Notes: generated from the sequence alone by a model not told the origin. 63,975 nt of DNA, filler included, from Candidatus Woesearchaeota archaeon (GCA_023266675.1; 5 parts of 5 records of this genome joined end to end with filler, not necessarily neighbours in it), one strand, 5' to 3'; positions 10,032-20,577 are shown, counted from the first letter of the whole stretch. Numbers and translations: made by a program.

Positions 10032-10985
10032 TTATGAATTAAGCAGAACAAACTTTGAAAGTAGCGCTTCAAGCTGTATGAATTCATCAGAGCCTTCAAC
10101 AAGCCTAAATTCTGCCTCACCGCATTCCTTTATCATTTCAAGACGTTTTTTGGCATCAACATCAAGCGACCATATCTGTCCCTGTATCTGTTTTATCAAA
10201 TCAGTTCCTGATAAACCATAATTTAACATTGTGTCTAGCAAATGCTTTTTTGCCTCAATAAATTTTCCTTTAACTGTGAATTCAAGAACTTCCTTTATCT
10301 CTTTAGGTCTGGCGACTGATGCCATTGAATAAACTGTTTCTTCTGTGACATGGTCGCTTACTGCTGCGCATGACTGAAGCACGTTTTCAAGTCTTCTGCA
10401 ATCTCCTTCAGAAACAATAAACAGCGCATCCATTGCCTTAGAATCTATTTTTATCTTTTCATTGTGCGATATCTTTTTTATAATGTCAAGTATATCATCC
10501 TTGTTTAATGGCTTAAATTTGAACAATGCACATCTGGACTGTATAGGATCTATTATTTTTGACGGATAATTGCATGAGAGTATGAACCTGCACGTGTTTG
10601 TGTAGTTCTCCATTGTACGTCTTAATGCCTGCTGCGCTTCACGTGTCAAAGCGTCACACTCATCAAGATATATTATTTTAAATGGAACCTCTCCAAGTGC
10701 TCTTGTTCTAGCAAAATCCTTGACTTTTATTCTTACTACGTCAATTCCTCTTTCGTCTGACGCGTTTAGCTCAAGAAAGTTTTCTCTCCATGAAGGACCA
10801 AAGAATTCTTTTGCTATAACAAGTGAAAGCGTTGTCTTGCCGATGCCTGCTGGACCTGTGAATAAAAGATGAGGCATATTTTTCTGTTTTATAAATGCTT
10901 TTACTCTCTTAACTATATCTTCCTGTCCTTTAATATCATCAAAACTTGATGGTCTGTACTTTTCTGTCCACATTGATGTTTCCAT
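10032..10985 (-). CDS. rfcS: Replication factor C small subunit
   Basis: WTEKYRP, Walker A GPAGIGKT, ELNASDERG, LDECD, SRC motif. Confidence 0.97.
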   Translation of the reverse strand: METSMWTEKYRPSSFDDIKGQEDIVKRVKAFIKQKNMPHLLFTGPAGIGKTTLSLVIAKEFFGPSWRENFLELNASDERGIDVVRIKVKDFARTRALGEVPFKIIYLDECDALTREAQQALRRTMENYTNTCRFILSCNYPSKIIDPIQSRCALFKFKPLNKDDILDIIKKISHNEKIKIDSKAMDALFIVSEGDCRRLENVLQSCAAVSDHVTEETVYSMASVARPKEIKEVLEFTVKGKFIEAKKHLLDTMLNYGLSGTDLIKQIQGQIWSLDVDAKKRLEMIKECGEAEFRLVEGSDEFIQLEALLSKFVLLNS

Positions 10986-11029
10986 GATTAAAATAGGATT
11001 TGGTGTTATTATTAAATCTTTCTAGAATA

Positions 11030-11164
11030 ATGCTTTATTGAAAAGTTACCCTACTTCATCTCACTCACTTTAAAACGTTCGTTCGATTCCGTCTGACCTT
11101 GCAATATTTATCTAATAAATAATTGCAAATAATGGTGCAGACGGTTAACTTTTCAATAACGCCT
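11030..11164. mobile_element. MITE-like structured repeat, family A copy 1
   Basis: Terminal inverted repeat GCTTTATTGAAAAGTTA/TAACTTTTCAATAACGC, flanking direct repeat AGAATA, second copy at 25367. Confidence 0.75.
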
Positions 11165-11329
11165 AGAATATAAGACTAAAATATAAAAAAATAATGCATC
11201 ATGAAAGTAAATATTAAAGATAGAATAAAAATATATAGAAAATCTTGAAAAACATAGCAAAATTTTCTAAGAAGTGCTTTGAAATATCATAAAGAGAGGG
11301 TTATTCAAAGCCCTCTATATTAAAAAAAA

Positions 11330-11614
11330 TTAAATTATGTCTTCTTCAGCTACTACCATGAAGTCGCCTACTGCGATTACTGCGCTAAATGGTACAAGGA
11401 TTTGCCCTTTCTTGTCTTTTTCAAGATCGAGTTTTTCTGTGTATGATGTAGGATTTATCAAAACCATGTGTATAAGTTCGCCGGTTTTTGTTTCAAAGAT
11501 AATATCTCCTACTTCTCCAAATTTCTTTCCTGTTTTAGAGACTATTGTCTTTCCTATAAGCTGTCTTGAGAACTTCTTGTCTTCTTCTCCCATATTTTTT
11601 TCAGTTTCGGCCAT
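11330..11614 (-). CDS. PRC-barrel domain protein (CdpB-like)
   Basis: LIGKTIVSKTGKKFGEVGDIIFE and VPFSAVIAVGDFMVV are typical PRC-barrel segments. Confidence 0.85.
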   Translation of the reverse strand: MAETEKNMGEEDKKFSRQLIGKTIVSKTGKKFGEVGDIIFETKTGELIHMVLINPTSYTEKLDLEKDKKGQILVPFSAVIAVGDFMVVAEEDII

Positions 11615-11714
11615 TTTTCACCCACAAACCTCTCATTATTATACTCTTTAGATTGAATATGCTTATATTTATAGGTTTCTATTTTAGGATAGTAAATAAT
11701 ACTGGTATAATAAA

Positions 11715-12530
11715 TTAGGTGTTGTAACACTGCTCATAAAGCTGGTATGCAGTGCACTTATTCTTCTCTAAGATTTTTGGAGGAAGTATTTTTTGTGATA
11801 ATAGCTCCCTGACTTTTTGTGTGAGTTCACTTATCTCTTTTTTTAGAAACGGGTCAAGGATAATTTGCCGTTCAACCCCATAGTCAAGGTATCTTACTAT
11901 GCCTTCTTTTATTTTAATTTCATTTTTTTCCAATAGAAGCATCATATACGCTCCAAGCTGCACTTTATGACCCTCCCAAACGCCAGTTTCAGGGGCTTTC
12001 CCGGTCTTTAGCTCTACAGGAACCATTTCATTATTCTATCTTCTAAGTTCATCGATTATTCCTTTAAGACCCAGTGTATCTGATTCAACTCTTACTTCAG
12101 ACTCTATTTTTGGTGTAAGCGATTCCCATAGCTCTTTTCCAGTTAATCCTGTTTTTTTGTGATATGAATAAACATTTGTTGCATGATATTTTGCCTCTTC
12201 AAGAATCATAGGTAAAGTTTTAGTTAATGTCAAAGAAATGTCAAGCTTTGCTTCTCTTAGGATTCCTTTGTTTTTTATTATTGTTTTTCGAAGAATTTTA
12301 GTGTAAACTTTTTTATACTCGCTAAATACCTCTTCATAAGTCATGCCTACCTTTAAAAAATTTACAAGCTCTTCTTCTGATTTATTTATACCGTCATAAG
12401 TCTCATGCCGAATTGTTCCTTTGACAAGCGCTTCACGCGGTATCTTTATTATTTTTAAAACCTGTTCAAAATACAGTTTTCTAGGACAGTACAAATAAGA
12501 TGATAGAAAAGTAACGCTTATCTTTTGCAT
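11715..12530 (-). pseudogene. Solo Cas4-like PD-(D/E)XK nuclease interrupted by an in-frame TAG
   Basis: YLYCPRK, GIID, ELKTG and QLGAY motifs. The two ORFs are in the same frame, separated by TAG at 12036-12038. C-terminal C-x2-C reads CTAY. Confidence 0.8.
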
Positions 12531-12688
12531 TTAAAGAAATAGAGTAATCGTGTTTAAAAGCGTTGTGGCAACGCGTGTCCAGTGGAGTATTATGATAGTT
12601 TAAATAAGATTAAGTAAGTTGTTTACTACTTTAAAATGGTTTTATTGGAATAAATTTATAAATAAAATTAAATCTCGTTAAGTATAAA

Positions 12689-13261
12689 ATGGCTAAACAA
12701 AAAGTATTATTATTAAATAGCCCGTTCTCAGGAATCGGAAAAAATATTGGAGATTTGGTTAAAACATATAGAGAAGACGCAGAATTTTTATCATTAAAAT
12801 ATACAGGGGATATTCCACAACCAAATTCACCGGATTATACTGGAAACCTTTATGACCCCAATCATTTTTATGTAAGTAATGAGAGTAGTAAAGAAAAACA
12901 GAAAGAAGTTATTTCTAGAAGACTTAGTGATGTGATTGGACCATTGATTTGGAGGGAATATCGATTCAAAAAAACTGAAGAAGGATTAGTTTTGATTGCT
13001 GAAGGATTCAATTCAGATTATTATAGAAAACGCCAGCCTGCAATTGAAAAAATTGCTGAATTGATATATGATGTTAACGTAATCTTGCCAGTATGGAGTA
13101 AGAATAAAGGAGGACAAAGTTACAAAATAGATATGGACAGGATGTATAAGTTCTTTGATTCGATAGTTAAACAAAAACCTAGTTTATTTTTAAGCAGAAA
13201 TCCTGTTGAAGTACAAACTCCATTATTGGTAATGACTGAATATTTAAAACAAAAAAGATAG
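12689..13261 (+). CDS. Hypothetical protein
   Basis: 190-aa ORF with TTTATAAA box upstream; no family recognised. Confidence 0.65.
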   Translation: MAKQKVLLLNSPFSGIGKNIGDLVKTYREDAEFLSLKYTGDIPQPNSPDYTGNLYDPNHFYVSNESSKEKQKEVISRRLSDVIGPLIWREYRFKKTEEGLVLIAEGFNSDYYRKRQPAIEKIAELIYDVNVILPVWSKNKGGQSYKIDMDRMYKFFDSIVKQKPSLFLSRNPVEVQTPLLVMTEYLKQKR

Positions 13262-13317
13262 AGAGAAGAAGAATTTTCTAAAGAAACATTTATATAAAAC
13301 ATAAAAACAAATATTTT

Positions 13318-14397
13318 ATGGACATAAACCAAAGAATTGAATTGATTAATCAAGTAGGTGAAGAAGTAATCACTGACGATGACCTAAAAACGCTTCTTGA
13401 AACTAAAAAACATCCAATAGCTTATGATGGATTTGAGCCTTCAGGTACAAGCATTCACATAGCACAGGGACTTTTGCGGGCCATTAATATTAATAAGATG
13501 ACCAAAAGTGGTGTAAAATTCAAGATTCTGGTTGCTGACTGGCACGCTTGGGCAAACAACAAGATGGGCGGCGACCTTGAAAAAATACAAAAAGTGGGTA
13601 AATATCTTATTGAAGTATGGAAAGCCTGCGATATGGACTTGGATAACGTTGAATTTGTTTGGGCTTCAGACCTTGCAAAAGATGATGCTTATTGGAAGAT
13701 TGTAATGAATGTTGCAAGAGAATCTACGCTTAATAGAGTGCTTCGGACAACTCAGATAATGGGAAGAAGCGAGAATGACACACTTCAGGCATCGCAGATA
13801 TTTTATCCATGTATGCAGGCAGCCGACATATTCTACTTAAAGGCAGATATTTGCCAGCTTGGGATGGACCAAAGAAAAGTTAATGTTTTGGCTAGGGAAG
13901 TTGGTGAAAAATTAGGATTTTGGAAACCTGTAATAATAAGCCATCATATGCTTATGGGACTTTCAGAGCCTCCTAAAGGTGAAATTGATGCTACAGAAAA
14001 AGCTATTGCTATGAAAATGAGTAAATCAAAGCCTGATACTGCAATATTTATGAATGATTCATTTGACGATGTGAAAAGAAAAATATCAAAGGCTTACTGC
14101 CCGCAAGGACAGGTTAATGATAATCCGATGATGGAATACTGCAAATATATTTTGTTTGAAAAATTTGATAAACTCGTTGTTGAAAGACCTGAAAAGTTTG
14201 GCGGAAACATGGAAATATGCGGGTATGAAGAATTAACTAAAGTTTATTCTGAGGGAAAGCTTCATCCTATTGATTTAAAGAATACTGTGGCAAAATATCT
14301 TAATGAGTTGCTTGAGCCTGTGAGAAAAAAGCTTGAACACAATAAAACAGCAGAAAAACTTTATGACGAAATAAAACATTTTGAAGTAACAAGATGA
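13318..14397 (+). CDS. tyrS: Tyrosyl-tRNA synthetase (archaeal type)
   Basis: YDGFEPSG, HIAQ (HIGH-like), YPCMQAAD, KMSKS. Confidence 0.97.
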   Translation: MDINQRIELINQVGEEVITDDDLKTLLETKKHPIAYDGFEPSGTSIHIAQGLLRAININKMTKSGVKFKILVADWHAWANNKMGGDLEKIQKVGKYLIEVWKACDMDLDNVEFVWASDLAKDDAYWKIVMNVARESTLNRVLRTTQIMGRSENDTLQASQIFYPCMQAADIFYLKADICQLGMDQRKVNVLAREVGEKLGFWKPVIISHHMLMGLSEPPKGEIDATEKAIAMKMSKSKPDTAIFMNDSFDDVKRKISKAYCPQGQVNDNPMMEYCKYILFEKFDKLVVERPEKFGGNMEICGYEELTKVYSEGKLHPIDLKNTVAKYLNELLEPVRKKLEHNKTAEKLYDEIKHFEVTR

Positions 14398-15473
14398 AAA
14401 AAGAAAAAATTTCAAAAATAAAACAGCTTCAAGATATTCTTTCAAAAAAAAACATTGACGTCTCAATATTCCTTAATTTTGACGAAAACAAAAAAGACAA
14501 AACAGTTTATTATTTCAGCGATGTTGAGCCGGAGTTCTCATGCCTTATTATTCCAAAAAAAGGAAACCCAAAATTGATTGTTGCAAAGCTTGAAGAAGAA
14601 CTGACTAAAAAAGAATCAAAGATAAGAAATGTTGTTCTTTTGGAAAAAGATTTTTTCAAGCAACTCTCAAGAATTATTGGAAAGAATAAGAAGATTGGAT
14701 TAAATTTTAAGACTGTATCGCTTTCTGAAAAAAAATTATTGTCAAAACATCTAAAAAAATCAAAATTCTTTGATGTTTCTAATGACATTACTGATTTAAG
14801 AATACAAAAGACTGATGATGAGATTGATAAAATAAGAAAAGCGTGTAAAATAACTGATGAGATATTCTCAAAAATAATATTAAATGCAAAAAGTTTTAGA
14901 AACGAAAAAGAAATTGAAGAATTGATTGAAAATGAAGCCAAAAAAAACGGCTGCTCACTTGCTTTCTCGCCAATAGTTGGAAGCGGGAAAAATTCATCAA
15001 TGCCGCATTATAAAGATAATAATTCAGAAATAAAAAAAGGATTTTGCGTGATTGATTTTGGAGTTAGATATCAAGGATATAATTCTGATATAACACGGAC
15101 AATTTATTTTGGAACGCCAAGCGAAAAAGAAAAAGAAGAGTATTACAGGCTTCTTGGTGTGCAGGAAGAAGCAATAAAAAAGATAAAAGTTGGAGAAGAT
15201 TTTAAGAAAATTGATAAAGCTGTAAGAAAAGTTTTAGGAGACTCATTTATTCATTCACTTGGACATGGGCTAGGAATTGACGTTCATGAGAGAGTCTCAA
15301 CAGATAACAAAAGAAGTTTATTAAAAGATGGAACAATACTCACTGTTGAGCCTGGTGTTTACCATACATCAAAATTTGGAATAAGAATAGAAGATGATGT
15401 TTTAGTGACAAAAAGAGGTAATGAAATATTAACCAAAAGCAGCAAAAAACTGATTATTATAAAAATAACATAA
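14394..15473 (+). CDS. Xaa-Pro peptidase (M24 family)
   Basis: DFG...SDITRT, HSLGHGLG, EPGVY, GIRIEDD. Confidence 0.93.
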   Translation: MKKEKISKIKQLQDILSKKNIDVSIFLNFDENKKDKTVYYFSDVEPEFSCLIIPKKGNPKLIVAKLEEELTKKESKIRNVVLLEKDFFKQLSRIIGKNKKIGLNFKTVSLSEKKLLSKHLKKSKFFDVSNDITDLRIQKTDDEIDKIRKACKITDEIFSKIILNAKSFRNEKEIEELIENEAKKNGCSLAFSPIVGSGKNSSMPHYKDNNSEIKKGFCVIDFGVRYQGYNSDITRTIYFGTPSEKEKEEYYRLLGVQEEAIKKIKVGEDFKKIDKAVRKVLGDSFIHSLGHGLGIDVHERVSTDNKRSLLKDGTILTVEPGVYHTSKFGIRIEDDVLVTKRGNEILTKSSKKLIIIKIT

Positions 15474-15502
15474 TTAAAAAAATAATTATAAACAAAATAC
15501 AA

Positions 15503-17434
15503 TTGAGGGATATCATCAAAACATTTGAAGAACTGTCAAAACTTGTACCGGTTGTCAAAAGCAAGATAATTCATATGACATCTTTGGCAAAGTCAGGTCA
15601 CCCTGGCGGACCGCTATCTGCAACTGAAACAATACTCTGTATGATAAACAGCCTTAATCTAGACAAAAATAATCCTTATGACGCGTCAAAAGACAAAATA
15701 GTCATTAGCGCAGGGCATTATTCAGCCGGTATATATGCAAGCCTTGCAGCTTTAGAGCTTGTGAATAAAAAAGAAGTTGTAGTGTCAAATTTTCGTTCAT
15801 TAAAAGATGTTGTCGAAGGGCACGTTACACATAAATTTCCGTTTATATGGGACTCCACAGGTCACCTTGGTTATGGTCCTTCAATATCCGCTGGACACGC
15901 AATTGCTGATAAATCACTTGGATACAGCAATACAAGAATAGTTTGTTTTATGGGTGATGGCGAGCAGACAAAAGGACCTATTCTTGAAGCGTTAAGATTC
16001 ATAAAAAAATACGGCTTAAAAAATATCATAATAATTGTTGACTGCAACTGCCAACAGCTTTCAGGAAAAACCGAAAGCATCATGCCAATGGATATAAAAA
16101 AGAATTATGAAGCAAACGGCTTTGAAGTGATAAGCGTTGGCGGAAACAATATCAAAGAGCTTACTTCTGTATTTAACAAGGTAAAAAGTGAAGATAACAA
16201 TTATGTGATACTCTCAAACACTGTAATGGGAAAAGGAGTCTGCGAAGCTGAAGGAACATATGAGTATCACGGAAAACCTGTAAAAGACCATAAGAAAGCA
16301 ATAGAAGATTTGATGACTGAAGACAAACTAGAATATTATAAAATCATACGTGAAAGCGATGAGAAAACAAATTTTATAGGACGCCCAATAATTAAACCAA
16401 ATATTGACAGTAGCGGAAGAATTGTTTTTGAAACATCGCTTGCATGCAGAGTTGCGTGGGGAGAAACACTGATTGATATTTCAAAGAAAACACTGAATGA
16501 TGACGGGACTCCAAAAAAAGATTTTTCGCCGCTTGTGGTTTTTGACTGCGATTTGGCAGGCTCTGTTGGTACATCAGGGTTTTTAAAAAAATATCCCGAT
16601 AACTTTTTTCAGGCAGGAATCCAGGAACACAGCACTTCAATAATTGCAGGCACAGTGTCAACAAGAGGAGTAAGCACGTGGCTAGGCATGTTTGGAGTGT
16701 TTGGTCACTCAATGGGATACAACGAGCATTTCTTGACAGCTGTAAATGAAGGAAACTTAAAACTAATAACAACTCATAATTCAATTGATACTGGCGAAGA
16801 CTCGAAAACCCATTCACCGATATCATACTTAACGTTAAACAATCATCCTGGATGGATAACATTTTGTCCGTGCGACGCAAACCAGACTGACGCGATAGTA
16901 CGATACATGGCAAAGAATTATGGCAACATGCACTTAGCACTTGGACGAAGCTCACTTGACATAATAAGAAAACAGGATAATAATGAAGTTTATTTTGACA
17001 ATGATTATAATTTTATTCCTGGAAATTTTGATGTACTACGAGATTACGGAGATGATGCTGTTATTGTAACATATGGAACACCTACAAACTATGCATTAAA
17101 AGCTGCAGAAAAACTAAAAGAGTTTAATATAAGTGTTAAAGTCATAAATTCTCCAACGCCAAGCATTGTTTCTGAAGAATTAGCAGAAATATTAACAAAT
17201 GCAAAAGTAGTTGTGACATTTGAAGACCATAATGTTGAAACAGGAATATCAAAAATTGTTGACTCTGCACTTTTAAAGTATCACATCAACAACAAATCAA
17301 TTCCAAATTACACAAGAATAAGCATTGGAATGAAAAGCTACAGCAAGTCTGCAACTGCAAAAGAACTCTACAAATATTTTGGCATCGATGATGAAACACT
17401 TGTGAAAAGAATCAGTGAAAGTTTGGAGAAATAA
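15503..17434 (+). CDS. tkt: Transketolase (single chain)
   Basis: SGHPGG, SAGH, GDGE...N thiamine-diphosphate motif, GIQEH, GEDSKTH. Confidence 0.9.
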   Translation: MRDIIKTFEELSKLVPVVKSKIIHMTSLAKSGHPGGPLSATETILCMINSLNLDKNNPYDASKDKIVISAGHYSAGIYASLAALELVNKKEVVVSNFRSLKDVVEGHVTHKFPFIWDSTGHLGYGPSISAGHAIADKSLGYSNTRIVCFMGDGEQTKGPILEALRFIKKYGLKNIIIIVDCNCQQLSGKTESIMPMDIKKNYEANGFEVISVGGNNIKELTSVFNKVKSEDNNYVILSNTVMGKGVCEAEGTYEYHGKPVKDHKKAIEDLMTEDKLEYYKIIRESDEKTNFIGRPIIKPNIDSSGRIVFETSLACRVAWGETLIDISKKTLNDDGTPKKDFSPLVVFDCDLAGSVGTSGFLKKYPDNFFQAGIQEHSTSIIAGTVSTRGVSTWLGMFGVFGHSMGYNEHFLTAVNEGNLKLITTHNSIDTGEDSKTHSPISYLTLNNHPGWITFCPCDANQTDAIVRYMAKNYGNMHLALGRSSLDIIRKQDNNEVYFDNDYNFIPGNFDVLRDYGDDAVIVTYGTPTNYALKAAEKLKEFNISVKVINSPTPSIVSEELAEILTNAKVVVTFEDHNVETGISKIVDSALLKYHINNKSIPNYTRISIGMKSYSKSATAKELYKYFGIDDETLVKRISESLEK

Positions 17435-17465
17435 TTTAAGACATAAAAACTTTCAAAAAATTAAA

Positions 17466-18176
17466 ATGAATTCAAATAAATACAAAATAAAATTAACTAG
17501 AGTTTATAATAATTTTTTTAAAAAAATTGGGATAAATAAAAAAACAGGTCAAATTAATTCTAAAAAAAATAAAAAGTTTCCAGCTTACCCATTTATTGGT
17601 TCGAAGTATGGAAAGACTAAAAAAATACTAGTCATTGGACTTGATATAGGAAAAGACCCAAAAGAAGGAGGAGTACTAAGTCTAGAAGAACGAAGGGAGA
17701 TAATAGAAGATAAAAAAATCAATGAACATAAATCTCCTTATTTACCTGGTGTGTATATTTCTGCATTATATTTTCTTAAAAAGGAAAAAAAATGGAATAA
17801 AAATTGGAATAATGTTAAATTTATATCATTTCAAAAAGCGTTGAAAAAACCTGAATTGTTGCCCAAAGAGAATCCGTTATCCTTTATTGCCTTTACAAAT
17901 TTTTTTAAATTTGTCACAATATATAGAAAAAGAAAAAGTGGAAATAAAGATAGAACACATATTAACAAAAAAAAAGAAGAACAATTATTAATAGATGAAG
18001 TAAAAATACTAAATCCTGATATTATACTTTTTCATAGTAAAAGCTTCTCAAATAAAAAAGAAATAATTTCAAAACTTAAAAAATTTAAAAATAAAATTTT
18101 TATAGGTCCTCATCCTTCTTATCATGGAAAAAAAGAATCAAAATATTTTATAAATCAATATGAAAAATTAAAATAA
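17466..18176 (+). CDS. Uracil-DNA-glycosylase-fold protein, very AT-rich
   Basis: PFIGSKY...KILVIG, FTNFFK, EVKILNPDIILF and HPS motifs. Confidence 0.6.
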   Translation: MNSNKYKIKLTRVYNNFFKKIGINKKTGQINSKKNKKFPAYPFIGSKYGKTKKILVIGLDIGKDPKEGGVLSLEERREIIEDKKINEHKSPYLPGVYISALYFLKKEKKWNKNWNNVKFISFQKALKKPELLPKENPLSFIAFTNFFKFVTIYRKRKSGNKDRTHINKKKEEQLLIDEVKILNPDIILFHSKSFSNKKEIISKLKKFKNKIFIGPHPSYHGKKESKYFINQYEKLK

Positions 18177-18179
18177 GTC

Positions 18180-19268
18180 TTATAACTTGATTACCCACTT
18201 GCCGTTCTTTTGTACAAGCTTTCCGTCAAAGTATACTTCTCCGCCTTCCTTTCGAAAGTCCTTGACAATATCCCAGTGAAGCGCAGAGTAGTTTCCATTC
18301 TGCTTGTTCTTTTCTATGCACTCAGGGTATGCCATGCCTATTGCAAGGTGTATTGTTCCACCGATTTTTTCGTCAAACAAGAGATTCTTTGTAAAAACTG
18401 TAATCATTGGGTTCATTCCTATTCCAAATTCTCCCAGATATTTTGCGCCGTCGTCCATGTCAAGCATTGCTGTCAGGAATTTCTCGTTTTTTTCGGCTGT
18501 TGCTTTCACGATTTTTCCTTTGCTAAACTCAAGCCTTATCCCTTCAACTTCATTTCCTGCGCGAATAGCTGGGTAAGTGAATTTTATATGTCCTTGTGCT
18601 GAGAATTTTTCTGGTGCCGTGAATACTTCACCATCAGGAACGTTGTGAGTTGCGTATTCTGAGCGTGCAGTCATTCCATTAATGCTGAATGTTAAATCTG
18701 TTTCTTTTCCAACAATCCTTACTTTCTTTGTTTTATTGACAACTGCCTGGAGTGCATTTAGCCTTTTTATCATTTGTTTTGGGTCCTGATTTGTTGCACC
18801 GTACAAAAAGTCCTGGTATTCATCAAGTGACATTCCTGCATCCTGTGCAAGTGCCTGTGTTGGAAAATCAACTCCTACCCATCTTTTTGTAAGTCTTATT
18901 TTTGAAATTGGATCCATTGTTTTTGTTCTCAAAGCCATTTTTTTGTGGTCAAGATTAGTAAATTCCCTTGTGTTGTAATCTGCGCCTATTGAAATAAAAA
19001 CATCGGTCTCCCTTGCCTCTTCTTCAGTTAACTTTGGATAATACTTTAACTGGTGATCCTGTGCATACTTGTAATATAGATAATTTAATCCTGGAAGTAT
19101 TATTTTTACAGTTGGAAATGCACCCTGCTGCATACAAAGTTTGTAGATTTCTTTAATTAAAGGCTCTGCAAGTACATCGCTTGAAATAATCACTTTATCT
19201 CCTTTCTTGACTTTTGTAGAATGATAAACTAAAAGCTGTGCTAATTTTGTTATTCTTGAATCAACCAT
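18180..19268 (-). CDS. Aminopeptidase (M29, AmpS/AmpT family)
   Basis: NVPDGEVFTAP, GEFGIG, DEKIGGTIHLAIG, SALHWD. Confidence 0.95.
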   Translation of the reverse strand: MVDSRITKLAQLLVYHSTKVKKGDKVIISSDVLAEPLIKEIYKLCMQQGAFPTVKIILPGLNYLYYKYAQDHQLKYYPKLTEEEARETDVFISIGADYNTREFTNLDHKKMALRTKTMDPISKIRLTKRWVGVDFPTQALAQDAGMSLDEYQDFLYGATNQDPKQMIKRLNALQAVVNKTKKVRIVGKETDLTFSINGMTARSEYATHNVPDGEVFTAPEKFSAQGHIKFTYPAIRAGNEVEGIRLEFSKGKIVKATAEKNEKFLTAMLDMDDGAKYLGEFGIGMNPMITVFTKNLLFDEKIGGTIHLAIGMAYPECIEKNKQNGNYSALHWDIVKDFRKEGGEVYFDGKLVQKNGKWVIKL

Positions 19269-19412
19269 TAAATCACCTTTATTCTATTGTTTCTTAAACA
19301 AAATTGAAATCTGTTACTTTATAAATATATCCTTTAAAATCTTCAAAGCATAGTTTTAAATAGTTAATGAGCTTTACTAGATATATCTTATAGACGACAA
19401 GGAGGGTTTTAA

Positions 19413-20552
19413 TTGAAATCTGAAAAAGAACTTGATAATGTAATGTATTCTTACACATCAGAAAACAATGGACTTGAAGAAGAAAATAGAGTTCTTAGAG
19501 AAACAATTTCCCAATTAAAATCTGAACTTGACAGATTAAAAATTCCTCCGCTCATGGTTTGCGAAGTCCTTGAACTTATAGGTGAAAATGCAATAATAAA
19601 AGTTCCAAATGGAAACCAATTTTTTGTAAACGTTTCAACTGATATAAAAACACTTGAATCTGGAGACACAGTTCTTGTTGACCAAAAAAACCTTAATATT
19701 CTTAGAAAAATAGGAAAAGAAAGTTCATTTAACGTTGAAAAATTCGTTATAATCGAGAAACCAAAATTGAAATGGGAAGATATTGGAGGTCTAGAAGATC
19801 AGATAAATGAAATAAAAGAAGTTATTGAACTTCCTTTGAAAAATCCTGAATTATTCAAAAAAATAGGAATAACTCCGCCAAAAGGAGTATTATTATATGG
19901 TCCTCCTGGAACAGGAAAAACACTTTTAGCTAAAGCAGTTGCTTCATCAACAAATAGCACATTTATTGAGGTTGTAGGCTCTGAACTTGTGCAGAAATTC
20001 ATCGGAGAAGGGGCAAAACTTGTAAAAGAGATATTTGCGCTTGCAAAAAGAAAAGCTCCTGCAATAATATTTATTGACGAAATTGATGCACTAGCAGCAA
20101 GAAGGATAGAAATTGGAACATCTGGTGAACGAGAAGTTCAAAGAACGTTCATGCAATTCTTGGCTGAAATTGATGGATTCAAGAATCTTGGAAACATAAA
20201 AATAATAGGATGCACAAACCGTAAAGACATACTTGACCCTGCAATACTACGTTCTGGACGACTTGACAGACATATAAATGTTGAAGCTCCAAATATCGCT
20301 GGAGTAAAGCAAATATTCAAAATTCACACATCAAGAATGCACCTTGACAAGAAAATAAACACAGACAAGCTTTTCAAAGACATGGAAGGATTTTCAGGCG
20401 CAGAAATAAAAGCCACATGCACAGAAGCAGGATACTTTGCAATAAGGGAAAAAAGAACATCAATATCCGAAAAGGACTTCATTAATGCAGTAAAGAAAGT
20501 ACGTGAGAAGGAAGAGCAGGAAAGCACTGATCACATCAATATGTTCGGATAA
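19413..20552 (+). CDS. pan: Proteasome-activating nucleotidase
   Basis: N-terminal coiled coil and OB domain, GPPGTGKTL, FIDEIDA, GRLDR, HbYX-like MFG end; TTG start. Confidence 0.95.
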   Translation: MKSEKELDNVMYSYTSENNGLEEENRVLRETISQLKSELDRLKIPPLMVCEVLELIGENAIIKVPNGNQFFVNVSTDIKTLESGDTVLVDQKNLNILRKIGKESSFNVEKFVIIEKPKLKWEDIGGLEDQINEIKEVIELPLKNPELFKKIGITPPKGVLLYGPPGTGKTLLAKAVASSTNSTFIEVVGSELVQKFIGEGAKLVKEIFALAKRKAPAIIFIDEIDALAARRIEIGTSGEREVQRTFMQFLAEIDGFKNLGNIKIIGCTNRKDILDPAILRSGRLDRHINVEAPNIAGVKQIFKIHTSRMHLDKKINTDKLFKDMEGFSGAEIKATCTEAGYFAIREKRTSISEKDFINAVKKVREKEEQESTDHINMFG

Positions 20553-20577
20553 ACATATTTGCTGTTTTTTAATTTAA

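Noticed and set aside
12036..12038. Genome-wide TAG recoding
   Set aside because: TAG ends conserved genes at their expected C-termini (e.g. aIF2-beta, PolD), and the same gene has a second lesion
12560..12574. GCGTTG-TGG-CAACGC hairpin upstream of the Cas4-like gene
   Set aside because: A single 6-bp stem can arise by chance
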